In this document: positions 49,234 to 60,780 of the stretch, piece by piece
Layout: each line of letters begins with the position of its first letter
How positions within the stretch are numbered: position 1 is the stretch's first letter
NCBI GenBank assembly: GCA_047285805.1
Contig: JBJBCN010000002.1
Location: 768,001 to 832,000 of the forward strand
Direction: 5' to 3'
Length of the DNA: 64,000 bases
Origin: Synechococcus sp.
GTDB taxonomy: Bacteria; Cyanobacteriota; Cyanobacteriia; PCC-6307; Cyanobiaceae
Made by a program: the position numbers and the translations under genes
The notes under the pieces: generated by a model
Database searches by the model: none
Told to the model about the DNA's origin: nothing
What the model saw: the letters and a program-made list of their open reading frames with translations, nothing else

Positions 49234-49800
49234 ATGTCCCGCACCTTGGCCCGGCTGCTGAAGCCCCTCGCAGCGCTGGCCCTCAGCCTGGTTCTGGTGC
49301 TTGGCCTAGCCGCACCCAGTCAGGCCGCCCGGGACACAAACAGCTACGACGGGAACATCTACGCGCTCTATGCCGGCAACGGCTCCCTGGTGCCGCCGCG
49401 TACCACGCTCTCCCAGGCCATGGATGAGCACCGGGCGATTGTCCTGGGCTTCTTCCTCGATGACAGCGCCGCGAGCAAGCAGTACGCGGTCGTCTTCAAC
49501 GAGCTGCAGCGCCTCTGGGGCCGGAGCGCCGAGCTGATCCTGCTGCAAACCGATCCGCTCCAAAACCGAGAGACCCATGGGCCCAGCGATCCGGCCAGCT
49601 ACTGGAGCGGCGTGATTCCCCAGGTGGTGGTAATCGACAACGACAGCAAGGTCGTTCTGGACGAAAGCGGCCCGGCGAGCATCGATACCATCAACGAGGC
49701 CCTCAGCCAAGTGACCGGCCTACGGCCCCAGGGTGATGTGAAGCTCAGCCTCAACCTCGAGGTGAACGAACTCAACAGCGAAATCGTTCCTGCCCCATGA
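49234..49800 (+). CDS. Thioredoxin-like thylakoid protein (PSI accumulation factor family)
   Basis: [24 protein letters not shown]. Confidence 0.8.
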   Translation: MSRTLARLLKPLAALALSLVLVLGLAAPSQAARDTNSYDGNIYALYAGNGSLVPPRTTLSQAMDEHRAIVLGFFLDDSAASKQYAVVFNELQRLWGRSAELILLQTDPLQNRETHGPSDPASYWSGVIPQVVVIDNDSKVVLDESGPASIDTINEALSQVTGLRPQGDVKLSLNLEVNELNSEIVPAP

Positions 49801-51173
49801 GTCAGCGCCAAGAGACCGATAGCTTCGGTGCCATCGATGTACCCGCCGAGCATTACTGGGGAGCTCAGACCCAGCGATCCATTGGCAACTTCCCCTTCGG
49901 CCAGCGGATGCCCCTGGCGATCGTGCATGCCTTCGGTCAACTGAAGGCCGCCTGCGCAGAAGCCAACCGGAATCTCGGCAAACTCGATGCCGGCCTCTGC
50001 GACGCCATCGTGGCCTCCGCCGAGCAGGTCGCCGCGGGTGAGCTGGACCAGGAGTTTCCGCTGAAGGTCTGGCAGACCGGCTCGGGCACCCAGAGCAACA
50101 TGAACGCCAATGAGGTGATCGCCAACAAGGCGATTGAGGCCCTCGGCGGCGAGCTGGGCAGCAAGAGCCCGGTGCACCCCAATGACCACGTCAACCTCAG
50201 CCAATCCAGCAACGACACCTTCCCAGCAGCGATGCACATCGCGGTGGTGATTGAGCTGGAGCAACGCCTGCTTCCGGCTGTCGAAAGCCTGGCCGCCGCG
50301 CTGCAGGCCAAGGCCACGGCCTACGCCGACTTGGTGAAGATCGGCCGGACGCACCTGCAGGATGCGGTGCCCCTGAGCCTGGGCCAGGAGTTCAGCGGCT
50401 ATGTGGCCCAGCTGCAAATAGCGATCGAAGCCATCCGCCAGAGCCTGCCGCGGGTGCGCGAGCTGGCCATTGGCGGTACCGCGGTGGGCACCGGACTGAA
50501 CGCCCCGAAGGGCTTTGGAGACTCCGTCGCCGCGCGACTGAGTGAGCGGCTGGGCACCGGCTTCAGCAGCGCCCCGAACAAGTTCCAAGCTCTAGCGGGC
50601 CATGAGGCGTTGGCTTCCGCCCATGGCGCCCTGACTGTGCTAGCGGGTTCGCTGATGAAGATCGCCAATGATATCCGTTGGCTCGGCAGCGGCCCGCGCT
50701 GCGGCCTTGGGGAGTTGGTCCTGCCGGAGAACGAACCGGGCTCCTCGATCATGCCGGGCAAGGTGAACCCCACCCAGTGCGAGAGCCTGATGATGGTGGC
50801 GGCCCAGGTGTTGGGCAACAACACCGCGGTTCAGATCGGCGCCAGCCAGGGGAACTTCGAGCTGAACGTCTTCAAGCCGCTCATCGCCCACAACATGCTG
50901 GAAAGCATCGAGCTCCTAGCCGGCGGCTGCAGCAGCTTCCGCGAACACTGCATCGAGGGCCTCAAGGCCAACGAGACGCGCATCGAGGGACTGCTGAACC
51001 AGAGCCTGATGCTCGTGACCGCCTTAACCCCCGCCATCGGCTACGACCGCGCCAGCGGCATCGCCAAACACGCCCACAAGCATGGTTTGAGCCTCAAGGA
51101 AGCCGCCCTGGTGCTCGGTGAAATCAGCGCCGAAGACTTCGACCAATGGGTGCGCCCGGAGGCGATGGTCTGA
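49797..51173 (+). CDS. fumC: Fumarate hydratase class II
   Basis: [33 protein letters not shown]. Confidence 0.98.
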   Translation: MSQRQETDSFGAIDVPAEHYWGAQTQRSIGNFPFGQRMPLAIVHAFGQLKAACAEANRNLGKLDAGLCDAIVASAEQVAAGELDQEFPLKVWQTGSGTQSNMNANEVIANKAIEALGGELGSKSPVHPNDHVNLSQSSNDTFPAAMHIAVVIELEQRLLPAVESLAAALQAKATAYADLVKIGRTHLQDAVPLSLGQEFSGYVAQLQIAIEAIRQSLPRVRELAIGGTAVGTGLNAPKGFGDSVAARLSERLGTGFSSAPNKFQALAGHEALASAHGALTVLAGSLMKIANDIRWLGSGPRCGLGELVLPENEPGSSIMPGKVNPTQCESLMMVAAQVLGNNTAVQIGASQGNFELNVFKPLIAHNMLESIELLAGGCSSFREHCIEGLKANETRIEGLLNQSLMLVTALTPAIGYDRASGIAKHAHKHGLSLKEAALVLGEISAEDFDQWVRPEAMV

Positions 51174-51176
51174 GGC

Positions 51177-52571
51177 TTAGAGCAAGTCCGCCGCCAGCTC
51201 TGCCAGTTCGCTGCGCTCACCCCGGATCAAGGTGATGTGGCCCGCCAGTGGCTGACCCTTGAAGCGCTCGACGAGCCATGTCAACCCGTTGCTCTCGGCG
51301 TCCACGTAGGGATTGTCGATCTGATACGGATCGCCCGTGAAGACTATCTTGGTGCCCTCTCCCACCCGGGTCACGATCGTCTTGACCTCATGGGGGGTGA
51401 GGTTTTGGGCCTCGTCCACCACCATGTATTGCCGCGGGATCGAGCGACCGCGGATATAGCTGATCGCCTCCACCTCCAGTAGGCCCATTCCCTTGAGGTC
51501 CGTCCAATTGCTGCGGGGCGCACGGTTTGCCCCCGCACGGTTCGCCGGACCCGAGCGCCCCTCCTCCTCCGGGCTGTTGCCCAAGAGGAAATCAAGGTTG
51601 TCGATAATCGGCTGCATCCAGGGACCCATCTTTTCCTCGAGGCTCCCCGGAAGAAAACCGATTTCTTTGCCCAAGGAGATCACCGGCCTGGTCACCAGCA
51701 GCCGCTCATAGAGCTGTTCATCAGCCACCTGGTGCAAGCCGGCCGCCAGGGCCAGCAGGGTTTTGCCTGTACCAGCCTTCCCCACCAAGGTCAGCAATTG
51801 AACCGAGGGGTCCAACAGCAGATCCAAGGCAAAGGTCTGCTCACGGTTACGGGCAGCGACCTTGCCCAGGCGGGCGCGAGTGCTGCGCTGCAACGGCACC
51901 AGCCGTTTCCCCTGAGAGTCGAACCGCGCCAGGAGCGTGTGGTTCGGCTGGGCCTCATCGACCAGGGTCACCCCCTCATTGGCTTGGAGCTCGGAAGCGG
52001 CCGCGGAGGGGAGCACCGCCAACGCTATGCCCCCGTCACTCTTGAGGCTATCCATCGCGGTGGCACTGGCCGTTAGCTCACTCACCCCGGCGTAGAGGTC
52101 CGCAATGTCGACCTTGTCTGTGGTGTAGTCCTGGGCCGTCAGACCGACAGCATCGGCCTTGATCCGCAGGTTGGTGTCCTTGGTGACCAGCACGACGGGG
52201 GGTTGATCGGCAATCAATCCAGAGCGGAGCTGCTCCAGCGCTACCGCCAGGATGTTGTTGTCTCCGCTCCCCCCCTTGAGCTCCGGCGGCAGCTGGGCCA
52301 GGGTCTCGCTGCGGCAGAAGACAACCTGCAGGGTGCCTCCACTGCTGTCATCGATCGGCACCCCATCCGCCAGGTTTCCCTTCTCCCGCAGGGCATCGAG
52401 CAGGCGAGAGATCTGACGCGCATTGCGGCCCTTCTCGGAGGGGTCCTTCTTGAAGCGATCAATCTCCTCGACAACCTCAATAGGGATCACCACCGCGTTG
52501 TCTTCAAAGCGGGTGAGCGCCTGAGGGTCATGCAGCAACACATTCGTATCGAGAACGAAGGTCTTACGCAT
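51177..52571 (-). CDS. PIN-PhoH family protein
   Basis: FVLDTNVLLHDP PIN domain; GKAGTGKT, IRGRS, DEAQN. Confidence 0.93.
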   Translation of the reverse strand: MRKTFVLDTNVLLHDPQALTRFEDNAVVIPIEVVEEIDRFKKDPSEKGRNARQISRLLDALREKGNLADGVPIDDSSGGTLQVVFCRSETLAQLPPELKGGSGDNNILAVALEQLRSGLIADQPPVVLVTKDTNLRIKADAVGLTAQDYTTDKVDIADLYAGVSELTASATAMDSLKSDGGIALAVLPSAAASELQANEGVTLVDEAQPNHTLLARFDSQGKRLVPLQRSTRARLGKVAARNREQTFALDLLLDPSVQLLTLVGKAGTGKTLLALAAGLHQVADEQLYERLLVTRPVISLGKEIGFLPGSLEEKMGPWMQPIIDNLDFLLGNSPEEEGRSGPANRAGANRAPRSNWTDLKGMGLLEVEAISYIRGRSIPRQYMVVDEAQNLTPHEVKTIVTRVGEGTKIVFTGDPYQIDNPYVDAESNGLTWLVERFKGQPLAGHITLIRGERSELAELAADLL

Positions 52572-52656
52572 AGGGGTTCACCACCGCGTTGTAGAAACGC
52601 TAAGCGGGTTTTTCGGCTGCACCACCTACGCTCCCGCAGAACGCAAAGCTCTGCCA

Positions 52657-53838
52657 TTGGCCGCCCTGTTTGCCGTCGTCTTGATCGCCGCCCTGGTCTT
52701 CGGCCTGGCGCTGCTCTGGCTGGAGCTTCGCCATCGGCTGCGGCCTGAGTCCCCCCTACGTCTCAGCAGCAGCGGCTGGAAGGTGCAGCGCAGCAGCGCC
52801 AACCAGTGGCAGGTCAAAGGAACCATCAGCATCAGCAACCCCCATCCGAGGATGGAGGTCTTCGTCCCTGAGATTGAACTCAAGCCGACCCTGCTTGGAC
52901 GCTCCGATCTCTCCAACGTCAACGTCCGCTGCAGCCTGACCCCGCAGCACTCCGATGAGGAGGCCCGCAGCGATGGCTACTGGTTCGCCTACATCGTTAA
53001 AGCACACAAGACCACCCAGGCCGAGGCGCTGATCACCCTGGAGTCAAACGACGGAAGCGAGCTACGCCAACAGCTCGACACCCTCTGGCTGGAGATCCTC
53101 TGGATCAACTACGGCCCCTTTGGTCGTCTACAGCAACGCGATGGGGTGCTCATTCCCCTGCGCCGTCCCTCCCCCGTCCAAAGCACAAACACCAACTGGC
53201 GCCAGGGCGATCGCTGCAGCGTGTTGCCCATCCGAACCCATCTGCTCGGAACCCTCGACGATCCCAGCGATGTGCTCCGCCACTTCGCCGGTGCGGTGCT
53301 CCAACCGGGTGATGTCCTGACCATCGGTGAGACCCCCCTGGCGGTGATGCAGGGCCGCTACAACCACCCGGCCAACCTCCAGCCCTCAAACCTGGCCCGG
53401 CTGCTCTGCCGCGTTTTCCATCCCACCAGCTCCCTGGCGACCGCCTGCGGCCTGCAGACCCTGATTGACAACGTCGGTCCCGCCCGGGTGCTCTGCGCTT
53501 GGCTCGCGGGCACCGCCCTCAAGCTGGTGGGCTCCAAGGGTTGGTTCTACCGACTGGCCGGCGAGCAGGCCCGCCTCATCGACGACGTCACCGGCACCAC
53601 GCCGCCCTACGACCAGACCATCGTCTTGGGACCGGTCAAGAGCAGCGAGGTCTGCCGGCAGCTCGCCGCCGAATTGGGTGTCGCCGTCGCGGTTGTCGAT
53701 GTCAACGACCTGGGCCGGGTGAAGGTGCTGGCTTCCAGCCCCGGATGCGATGAAACGCTTCTGGCGCGCGCCCTCAAGCCGAATCCCGCGGGCAACGCCA
53801 ACGAGCGCACCCCTTTGGTGCTTGTTCGCCCGAACTAG
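52657..53838 (+). CDS. F420-0:gamma-glutamyl ligase (CofE)-like domain protein with N-terminal TM
   Basis: LPIRTHLL, IGETPLAVMQGR, IDDVTGTTPPYD, VVDVNDLG, NPAGNANERTP. Confidence 0.8.
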   Translation: MAALFAVVLIAALVFGLALLWLELRHRLRPESPLRLSSSGWKVQRSSANQWQVKGTISISNPHPRMEVFVPEIELKPTLLGRSDLSNVNVRCSLTPQHSDEEARSDGYWFAYIVKAHKTTQAEALITLESNDGSELRQQLDTLWLEILWINYGPFGRLQQRDGVLIPLRRPSPVQSTNTNWRQGDRCSVLPIRTHLLGTLDDPSDVLRHFAGAVLQPGDVLTIGETPLAVMQGRYNHPANLQPSNLARLLCRVFHPTSSLATACGLQTLIDNVGPARVLCAWLAGTALKLVGSKGWFYRLAGEQARLIDDVTGTTPPYDQTIVLGPVKSSEVCRQLAAELGVAVAVVDVNDLGRVKVLASSPGCDETLLARALKPNPAGNANERTPLVLVRPN

Positions 53839-53879
53839 CGATCGCCCATAACATTGATTTAGGCCCCCTCGGCGCCGCC

Positions 53880-54911
53880 GTGTCCTCAGCCGCTCAACCA
53901 ACTCTTCAGGTGAAGCCGCTGCGGGGATGGCAGCTGCCCTTTCTGCAGGATCCCTGCTTCACCGACCTCCGGCCCCTGCTGCAGCGCTGCCTGCTGCTGC
54001 AGGGGCCGGAGCGGCTTCTTCAACGCCTCGCCACCCGTCCGTCTTTGGCCTCGGAAACCTTCGTGGCCTTCCGGGACCCCCAGGCCCCGCTGGGGTTGGT
54101 GGTCAGTCAACGGCTCAACCGCAGTGGCAGCTGCTGGCAGATCCAACACCTGCGCAGCGGTGAGGCCAGCTTCGAAGCGGGGGAATCGGGTCGGATGGCC
54201 ATCGAGGCCGCCCTGGTGCGGGCCGCGATCCAGGGGAGCCCGAATGCCGCCAGTTGGATTGCCACCAGCCCCGGCACGGACAGCACTCGCCTTGGTCTAC
54301 TGCGGCAACAGGGCTTCCAACAGCTCCGCCACGAAACCCTCTGGCGCTGGGAACCGCCCCAACAGCCCCTCGATCGGAATCTGCCTGCGGACCTGGAACT
54401 GCTGCCGCTGAATCGCCGAACAGCCCTGGCGATGTGGCAGCTCGAGCAGGCCGCCCTGCCGGCCCAACTGCGGCAGCTGCTCGACCGGCGCGTTGACGAC
54501 CTCTTGGATCAAAGCGAGCAGCCCAGCTTGATGTTGCTGGACACCAACCGCCAACAGGCCGTGGCGGGGGTGCGGCGTCTGCGGCCCGGACACCGCGAGA
54601 TCCCCGAACTGGAGCTCAGTCTCGACCCCGGCTGGCAGCACCTGCTTGGACAGCCCCTCCACATGCTCCTCGAGCAATGCGCCAGCGGTCTTGGGGAGGT
54701 GCTAATCCGCAGTGATGTCCACCTACACGAGCACAACCAATGGCTGCAAAGCCTGGGCATGGCCCCTGAGGGCGAAGAGGTGGTGATGGCCCGCAGTGTC
54801 TGGCGCCGCCATGCGCCCCAGACCAGCCAGGTGGTCAGCCGCAAGCTCGAAGCCGTCCTCGGGCAGCTGCAACCCGGGCAAAAGCCCATTCCAACCCCAC
54901 TTGGGCGCTAG
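53880..54911 (+). CDS. Conserved hypothetical protein (GNAT-like)
   Basis: RLNRSGSCWQI, LRQQGFQ, MARSVWR; operonic with ruvX. Confidence 0.75.
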   Translation: MSSAAQPTLQVKPLRGWQLPFLQDPCFTDLRPLLQRCLLLQGPERLLQRLATRPSLASETFVAFRDPQAPLGLVVSQRLNRSGSCWQIQHLRSGEASFEAGESGRMAIEAALVRAAIQGSPNAASWIATSPGTDSTRLGLLRQQGFQQLRHETLWRWEPPQQPLDRNLPADLELLPLNRRTALAMWQLEQAALPAQLRQLLDRRVDDLLDQSEQPSLMLLDTNRQQAVAGVRRLRPGHREIPELELSLDPGWQHLLGQPLHMLLEQCASGLGEVLIRSDVHLHEHNQWLQSLGMAPEGEEVVMARSVWRRHAPQTSQVVSRKLEAVLGQLQPGQKPIPTPLGR

Positions 54912-55390
54912 TGGCGGCGCCCGCTCCTCGATCGGTCCTCTCGCTGGATGTGGGCCGCAAACGCATCGGCCTCGCCGGCTGTGATGCCTTGGGCCTCACC
55001 GTCAAAGCACTGCCCGCCCTCCACCGCGGCCGCTATCTGGTCGATCTGGAGTGGCTGAAGAAGCTCGTGCACGAGCGCCGGATTGTGGCGCTCGTGGTGG
55101 GTCTCCCCCTCGATGCCCAGCAACAGCCCACCGCCCAAGCCGAGCACTGCCGGCGTTATGGCGAGCGTCTTGCCAGGGATCTGGATCTCCCGCTGGCCTT
55201 CGTAAATGAGTACGCCACCAGCTGGGATGCCGCCGAGCGCCTTGGCCTGCGCGGTGATCGCAGCGGAGCCCTCGACAGCGCCGCTGCCGCGCTGCTCTTG
55301 GAACAGTGGCTCCAGGAAGGACCCGAACCGGCAGCGGTCAGCAAGGCGACCCTGTCACTTGGCCGCGGGCCCGATGTCCAGGCATTCTGA
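54911..55390 (+). CDS. ruvX: YqgF/RuvX nuclease
   Basis: LSLDVGRKRIGLA, VVGLP, VNE, DSAAAALLLEQW. Confidence 0.94.
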   Translation: MAAPAPRSVLSLDVGRKRIGLAGCDALGLTVKALPALHRGRYLVDLEWLKKLVHERRIVALVVGLPLDAQQQPTAQAEHCRRYGERLARDLDLPLAFVNEYATSWDAAERLGLRGDRSGALDSAAAALLLEQWLQEGPEPAAVSKATLSLGRGPDVQAF

Positions 55391-55410
55391 GTACATCTCC
55401 CCCTCGCGCC

Positions 55411-55980
55411 ATGAGCACTGACGGCCCCAGCATCAACGGTACCGGTGATGTCCCCACCGTGCTGGTGCGGGACCAGAGCGGGCGCCAACTGCTCTGCTTC
55501 CTTGAGCAACTCATACCCCTCGAGGGCAAGGACTACGCCCTGCTGACCCCTGTCGACACCCCGGTCTGCCTCGTGCAGATCGCCGAGAACGAGAACGGCG
55601 ATGACGAGGTCATCGAAGAGCTGAGTAATGCCGAGCCGATTCTCTCGATAGCGGATATCGTCCTGCAAGAGCACGACCTGACCCTGGTTCGCTCCGCCGT
55701 GACCCTCACCGTTAGCGGTGATCTGGAAGAGCCCAACCCCGAGGAGTACGACGACGACGAGCTGGATGGGGACGATGAGGACGAGACCGACCTCTACGAA
55801 ATGCTGATCCAGTTCCGTGCTGAGGACAAGGAGTACGGCCTCTTCATCCCACTGGATCCCTTCTTTGTGGTCGCCCGCATGGAGAACGGCGAGGGCGTCC
55901 TGGTGGAAGGCGAGGAGTTCGAGCGCGTCCAGCCCCTGATCGAGGCGGAACTCGATGAGCGGGAGCTCGGTAGCGACTGA
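55411..55980 (+). CDS. DUF3727 family protein
   Basis: YALLTPVDTPV, LVRSAVTLTVSG, PLDPFFVVA. Confidence 0.85.
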   Translation: MSTDGPSINGTGDVPTVLVRDQSGRQLLCFLEQLIPLEGKDYALLTPVDTPVCLVQIAENENGDDEVIEELSNAEPILSIADIVLQEHDLTLVRSAVTLTVSGDLEEPNPEEYDDDELDGDDEDETDLYEMLIQFRAEDKEYGLFIPLDPFFVVARMENGEGVLVEGEEFERVQPLIEAELDERELGSD

Positions 55981-55984
55981 TTCA

Positions 55985-56506
55985 GTGAACCGTCGCTCCG
56001 TCTCGGATCTGCTGCAACCCAACCTGGTGGCCGCCGGCACCCTGGTGGATCTTCCCCTGCATGGCCTGCTGGCCCAGGGGATCAGTGCTCTCGTCCTCGA
56101 TGTCGACAGGACCCTGCTGCCCCACCGGGGCTCCACCCTGCCGGAGCCGATGGAAGCCTGGCTGAAGCGTGCCCAGGCGGCCATGCCCCTGCACCTCTTC
56201 AGCAACAACCCCTCCCGATCCCGCATTGGCGGTGTCGCCGAACATTTAGGCGTGAACTTCACCACCAGTGCCGGCAAGCCGCGCCGCTCTCCCCTGCTGC
56301 GGGTGCTGCAGCAACTCGATCTTCCCGCCGCCCAAGTGGCGATGGTGGGGGACCGGATCTTTACCGACGTGCTGGCGGGGAACCGCCTGGGGATGTACAC
56401 CGTGCTGGTGAAACCTATCGACCCCAGGGGGCAACCCTGCCGCCATGACCACTGGCAGCGCTTTGAGGTGAAGCTGGCCCAGCTCGCCGGAGCGGACCTT
56501 CCCTAA
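55985..56506 (+). CDS. YqeG family HAD IIIA phosphatase
   Basis: LDVDRTL, SNN, KP, VGDRIFTDVLAGNRLG. Confidence 0.92.
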   Translation: MNRRSVSDLLQPNLVAAGTLVDLPLHGLLAQGISALVLDVDRTLLPHRGSTLPEPMEAWLKRAQAAMPLHLFSNNPSRSRIGGVAEHLGVNFTTSAGKPRRSPLLRVLQQLDLPAAQVAMVGDRIFTDVLAGNRLGMYTVLVKPIDPRGQPCRHDHWQRFEVKLAQLAGADLP

Positions 56507-56508
56507 CG

Positions 56509-57582
56509 ATGGCAACGCGCCGAGTCATCAAGGTCGGCACCAGCGTTCTGCGGGGCAGCTGTGCCCGGGGGACCGAAGCGGTAATAGCTGATCTGGCCTC
56601 TATCCTCTGCGGCCTCTGGCGGCGGGAGGAGTCGGTTGTGCTCGTGACCAGTGGCGCCGTCGGTCTCGGCTGCAATGCCCTCCAACTGGGGGAGCGGCCC
56701 ACGGAGCTCGAAGCATTGCAGGCTTCAGCCGCCGTCGGGCAGGGCCGGCTGATGACGCTCTATGACCAGGCCTTTGCCGCCCACGGCCGTTGTGTCGCCC
56801 AGGTGCTCCTTACCCGCGCCGATCTGGCCTCGCGGCGCCGCTACCAAAACGCCTGCCGCACCCTCGAGCAGTTGCTCAGCTGGGGGGTGACGCCCGTGAT
56901 TAACGAAAACGACACCCTGGCGACCGATGAGCTGCGCTTTGGCGATAACGACACCCTTTCAGCGCTGGCCGCGGTGGCGATTCAGGCCGATGAGCTGGTG
57001 TTGCTGACCGACATCGACAGCCTCTACTCGGGGGATCCCCGCAGTGATGCCGATGCCAAACCGATCCCCGAGGTCCATTCCGTCGCCGAGATCGAAGCCC
57101 TGGCGGGCGTGGCCAAGGGCGGCGGCCGCTGGGGAACCGGCGGGATGACCACCAAGCTCTCTGCGGCGCGCATCGCGACTGCCAGCGGCATTCAGGTGCG
57201 CCTGGCCGACGGCCGCGACCCCGCAGTGCTGGAGGGCCTCCTGGCGGGTGAGCAGCATGGAACCCTCTTCCGCCCCAGTAAGACCCCCCTAAGTAGCCGC
57301 AAGGGTTGGCTCGCCCATGCCCTGCTGCCCAAGGGCAGCATCACGGTGGATGCCGGCGCCGAACAGGCGCTGCTGGAGCAGGGAGCCTCGCTCCTGGCCG
57401 TGGGGATCTGCAGCGTGGAGGGATCCTTTGGCCGCCGGGAAGCCGTCCGGGTGATCAGCGAGGACGGCCGGGAACTGGCCCGAGGCCTCAGCGCCCTGGC
57501 CAGCGACGAGTTGGAGGGGAACGCGGGTCATCGCGGTGTGGTCATTCATCGGGATCACCTGGTCGTCATCGCGGCCAGCTGA
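56509..57582 (+). CDS. proB: Glutamate 5-kinase
   Basis: [33 protein letters not shown] domain. Confidence 0.98.
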   Translation: MATRRVIKVGTSVLRGSCARGTEAVIADLASILCGLWRREESVVLVTSGAVGLGCNALQLGERPTELEALQASAAVGQGRLMTLYDQAFAAHGRCVAQVLLTRADLASRRRYQNACRTLEQLLSWGVTPVINENDTLATDELRFGDNDTLSALAAVAIQADELVLLTDIDSLYSGDPRSDADAKPIPEVHSVAEIEALAGVAKGGGRWGTGGMTTKLSAARIATASGIQVRLADGRDPAVLEGLLAGEQHGTLFRPSKTPLSSRKGWLAHALLPKGSITVDAGAEQALLEQGASLLAVGICSVEGSFGRREAVRVISEDGRELARGLSALASDELEGNAGHRGVVIHRDHLVVIAAS

Positions 57583-57629
57583 GACCTGCGGAATCGGCCT
57601 ACGATCCGCTGGATATCCTCCTGCCGCCA

Positions 57630-58697
57630 ATGCGCTTCAGCCAACTGCTCAGCCAACTGAGCGAGGTGAAGACCGCAGGTGGGATCGAGTCCCTTCAGCA
57701 CCACCTCGGGGAGGATCCAGTTCTAGAAGCAGCGGCGGCCCTCGATCAAGCCCACAGCGGGCAGGTCAGTTTCCTGGAGGCCGGCAACGCCCTGGCGGCT
57801 GCCCTCAATGCCAGTGGCGCCAGCGCTGTCCTGCTGCCGGCCAAGGGCAACGAATGCGAGGCCGCCCAAGCGGAGGCCACCGCCAAGGGAATGGCCTGGA
57901 TCGCCCTGGCTGATCCGCGCCTGGGTTTTGCCGAAACCCTCGATGCCCTCTACCCCCGGAAGATTAAGGCTCCCGGCATTCACCCCAGCGCCGTCATTGC
58001 CCCGGAGGCCGTAGTGGGAATGGGCAGCCACGTGGGCGCCCATGTCGTTATCGGCGGCGACGTGCAGATCGGCGCCTCCTGCACGATTCACCCGAACGTC
58101 GTCATCTACGACGACGTGCAGATTGGCGATGGCTGTGAACTCCACGCCGGTGCCGTGCTGCACCCCGGCTCCCGCCTCGGCCAGGGCTGTGTGGTCCACT
58201 CCAATGCCGTCGTCGGCAGTGAAGGCTTCGGCTTTGTTCCCACCGCGAGCGGCTGGCGCAAGATGCCGCAGACCGGCCTGGTAGTGATTGAGGATGGTGT
58301 TGAAGTGGGCTGCGGCAGCACCATCGACCGCCCCTCCGTCGGCGAGACCCGGATCGGAGCCGGCTGCAAGATTGACAACATGGTCCACATCGGCCACGGC
58401 GTGACAACCGGCAAGGGTTGTGCCCTGGCCGCCCAGGTCGGCATCGCCGGTGGAGCCCGGCTCGGTAACGGTGTGATCCTGGCCGGCCAGGTGGGCCTGG
58501 CCAACAAGGCCGTCATGGGCGATCGCTCCATCGCCTCCTCCAAATCGGGAGTCCACGGAGAGGTAGCCGCCGGCGAGGTCGTCAGTGGCTATCCCGCCAT
58601 CCCGAACCGCCTCTGGCTGCGCTGTTCGGCGGCCTTCAACAAACTTCCCGAGCTGGGCAAGGCGCTGCGCCAGCTAGAGAAACAAGTCAAGCCGTAG
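57630..58697 (+). CDS. lpxD: UDP-3-O-acyl-glucosamine N-acyltransferase
   Basis: Hexapeptide repeats, [21 protein letters not shown]. Confidence 0.96.
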   Translation: MRFSQLLSQLSEVKTAGGIESLQHHLGEDPVLEAAAALDQAHSGQVSFLEAGNALAAALNASGASAVLLPAKGNECEAAQAEATAKGMAWIALADPRLGFAETLDALYPRKIKAPGIHPSAVIAPEAVVGMGSHVGAHVVIGGDVQIGASCTIHPNVVIYDDVQIGDGCELHAGAVLHPGSRLGQGCVVHSNAVVGSEGFGFVPTASGWRKMPQTGLVVIEDGVEVGCGSTIDRPSVGETRIGAGCKIDNMVHIGHGVTTGKGCALAAQVGIAGGARLGNGVILAGQVGLANKAVMGDRSIASSKSGVHGEVAAGEVVSGYPAIPNRLWLRCSAAFNKLPELGKALRQLEKQVKP

Positions 58698-58724
58698 CCT
58701 CCCCGGAAGCCCAGGCGGACGTCG

Positions 58725-59807
58725 ATGACCAGATTCCTGATCACCCTGCTCCCCGGTGACGGGATCGGTCCTGAGATCACGGCGGTGGCCCGCCAGATGC
58801 TGGATGCGGTGAGCCGCATCCATGGCTTCGAGCTGATCTACAACGAGCAGCCCATGGGGGGCTGCGCCATCGACGCCACCGGCGAACCCCTTCCCGCCAG
58901 CACCCTCGATGCCTGCAAGGCCGCCAACGCGGTTCTGCTAGCCGCGATCGGCTCTCCCCAATACGACAGCCTTCCCCGAGAGAAGCGTCCCGAGACCGGC
59001 CTGCTGGGCCTGCGTTCCGGCATGGGGCTCTTCGCGAATCTGCGCCCGGTGAAAATCATCCCGGCCCTGATCGATGCCTCGACCCTGAAGCGCGAGGTCA
59101 TCGAAGGGGTCGACCTGATGGTGGTCCGCGAACTGACCGGTGGCGTCTACTTCGGCACGCCCAAGGGCCGCGTTGAGGCCGAGGGCCGGGTGCGCGGGTT
59201 CAACACAATGGCCTACTTCGACAATGAAATCGATCGGATCGCAAAGGTGGGCTTTGACATCGCCCAACAGCGCAGCGGCCGCCTCTGCAGCGTCGACAAG
59301 GCCAACGTCCTCGACGTGAGCCAGCTCTGGCGCGATCGCGTTGAGGCTCTGCACGCCAGCAGCTATGCGGGCGTGGAACTCAGCCACATTTACGTGGACA
59401 ACGCCGCGATGCAGCTGGTGCGCAATCCCCGCCAGTTCGACGTGCTGCTGACCAGCAACCTCTTCGGGGACATCCTCAGCGATGAGGCCGCGATGCTCAG
59501 CGGCTCCATTGGCATGCTGCCGTCTGCCTCCCTGGGCGAAAGCGGTCCAGGCCTGTTCGAGCCCATCCACGGCTCCGCCCCCGACATCGCCCGCCAGGAC
59601 AAAGCCAATCCGATGGCAATGGTCCTTAGCGCCGCGATGATGCTGCGGGTCGGCCTCAAGCAGGACGCTGCCGCCGCAGCCCTCGAGCAGGCCGTCGACC
59701 GGGTGCTTGCCCAGGGGTATCGCACCGGCGATCTGATGGCCGACGGCTGCACCCAACTGGGTTGCAAGGCCATGGGCGATCAACTGCTGGCAGCCCTCGA
59801 GGGCTGA
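58725..59807 (+). CDS. leuB: 3-isopropylmalate dehydrogenase
   Basis: LPGDGIGPE, RELTGG, NLFGDILSDEA, EPIHGSAPDIA. Confidence 0.98.
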   Translation: MTRFLITLLPGDGIGPEITAVARQMLDAVSRIHGFELIYNEQPMGGCAIDATGEPLPASTLDACKAANAVLLAAIGSPQYDSLPREKRPETGLLGLRSGMGLFANLRPVKIIPALIDASTLKREVIEGVDLMVVRELTGGVYFGTPKGRVEAEGRVRGFNTMAYFDNEIDRIAKVGFDIAQQRSGRLCSVDKANVLDVSQLWRDRVEALHASSYAGVELSHIYVDNAAMQLVRNPRQFDVLLTSNLFGDILSDEAAMLSGSIGMLPSASLGESGPGLFEPIHGSAPDIARQDKANPMAMVLSAAMMLRVGLKQDAAAAALEQAVDRVLAQGYRTGDLMADGCTQLGCKAMGDQLLAALEG

Positions 59808-59877
59808 TCGGGCACTCATTGGCGTGATCGGCCCCGCGACCTGCCAAACTCGCCGACAGTTCCACTGATCCCTGCGC

Positions 59878-60780
59878 ATGTCGAAGCGTCACCCGGTTGT
59901 GGCTGTCACCGGTTCCTCCGGCGCAGGCACCAGCACCGTGAAGCGTGCCTTTGAGCACATCTTCAAGCGCGAGGGCATCACCCCTGCAGTTGTGGAGGGC
60001 GACAGCTACCACCGCTACGAGCGTGCCGCCATGAAGGAAGCCATGGCCGGCGCCCTGGCCAAAGGCGAGAACTTCTCCCACTTCGGCCCTGAGGCCAACC
60101 TCTTCGACAAGCTCGAAGAACTCTTCCGCAGCTACGGCGAATCCGGTGGTGGTCAGAAGCGCTACTACCTCCACTCCGTCGAAGAGGCCGCTGACCACAA
60201 CGCCCGCCTCGGCACCAACCTCGAGCCCGGTCAGTTCACCCCCTGGGAGAACATCCCCGCCGGCACCGACCTGCTCTTCTATGAAGGCCTGCACGGCGGC
60301 GTGAAGGGTGAGGGCTACGACGTGGCCGGCCTGGCCGATCTGCTGGTTGGCGTGGTACCCATCGTCAACCTGGAGTGGATCCAGAAGATCTCGCGCGACA
60401 ACGCTGAGCGCGGCTATCCCGCCGAGGCCACCGTTGACACGATCCTGCGCCGGATGCCGGATTACATCAACCACATCTGCCCGCAGTTCAGCCAGACCGA
60501 CATCAACTTCCAGCGTGTCCCCACCGTGGACACCTCGAACCCCTTCATGATCCGGAACATCCCCACCCCGGATGAATCCTTCGTGATCATTCACTTCCGC
60601 AAGGGTGCTCGCGAGAAGTGGGGGATCGACTTCACCTACCTTCTCGACATGATCCACGATTCGTTCATGTCCAGCCCCACCTCGATCGTGGTGAACGGCG
60701 GCAAGATGGGCTTCGCGATGGAGCTGATCTTGACTCCGATCATTCACCGCATGATCGAAGAGAAAAAGAAGCTGGCCTGA
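59878..60780 (+). CDS. prk: Phosphoribulokinase (proteobacterial type)
   Basis: MSKRHPVVAVTGSSGAGT, YEGLHG, QRVPTVDTSNPF. Confidence 0.96.
   Translation: MSKRHPVVAVTGSSGAGTSTVKRAFEHIFKREGITPAVVEGDSYHRYERAAMKEAMAGALAKGENFSHFGPEANLFDKLEELFRSYGESGGGQKRYYLHSVEEAADHNARLGTNLEPGQFTPWENIPAGTDLLFYEGLHGGVKGEGYDVAGLADLLVGVVPIVNLEWIQKISRDNAERGYPAEATVDTILRRMPDYINHICPQFSQTDINFQRVPTVDTSNPFMIRNIPTPDESFVIIHFRKGAREKWGIDFTYLLDMIHDSFMSSPTSIVVNGGKMGFAMELILTPIIHRMIEEKKKLA

Noticed and set aside
51177..52571. PIN-PhoH as a toxin-antitoxin or defence system
   Set aside because: Widespread known fusion; no adjacent antitoxin ORF seen
59878..60780. Proteobacterial-type PRK as a recent transfer
   Set aside because: Established ancestral feature of alpha-cyanobacteria
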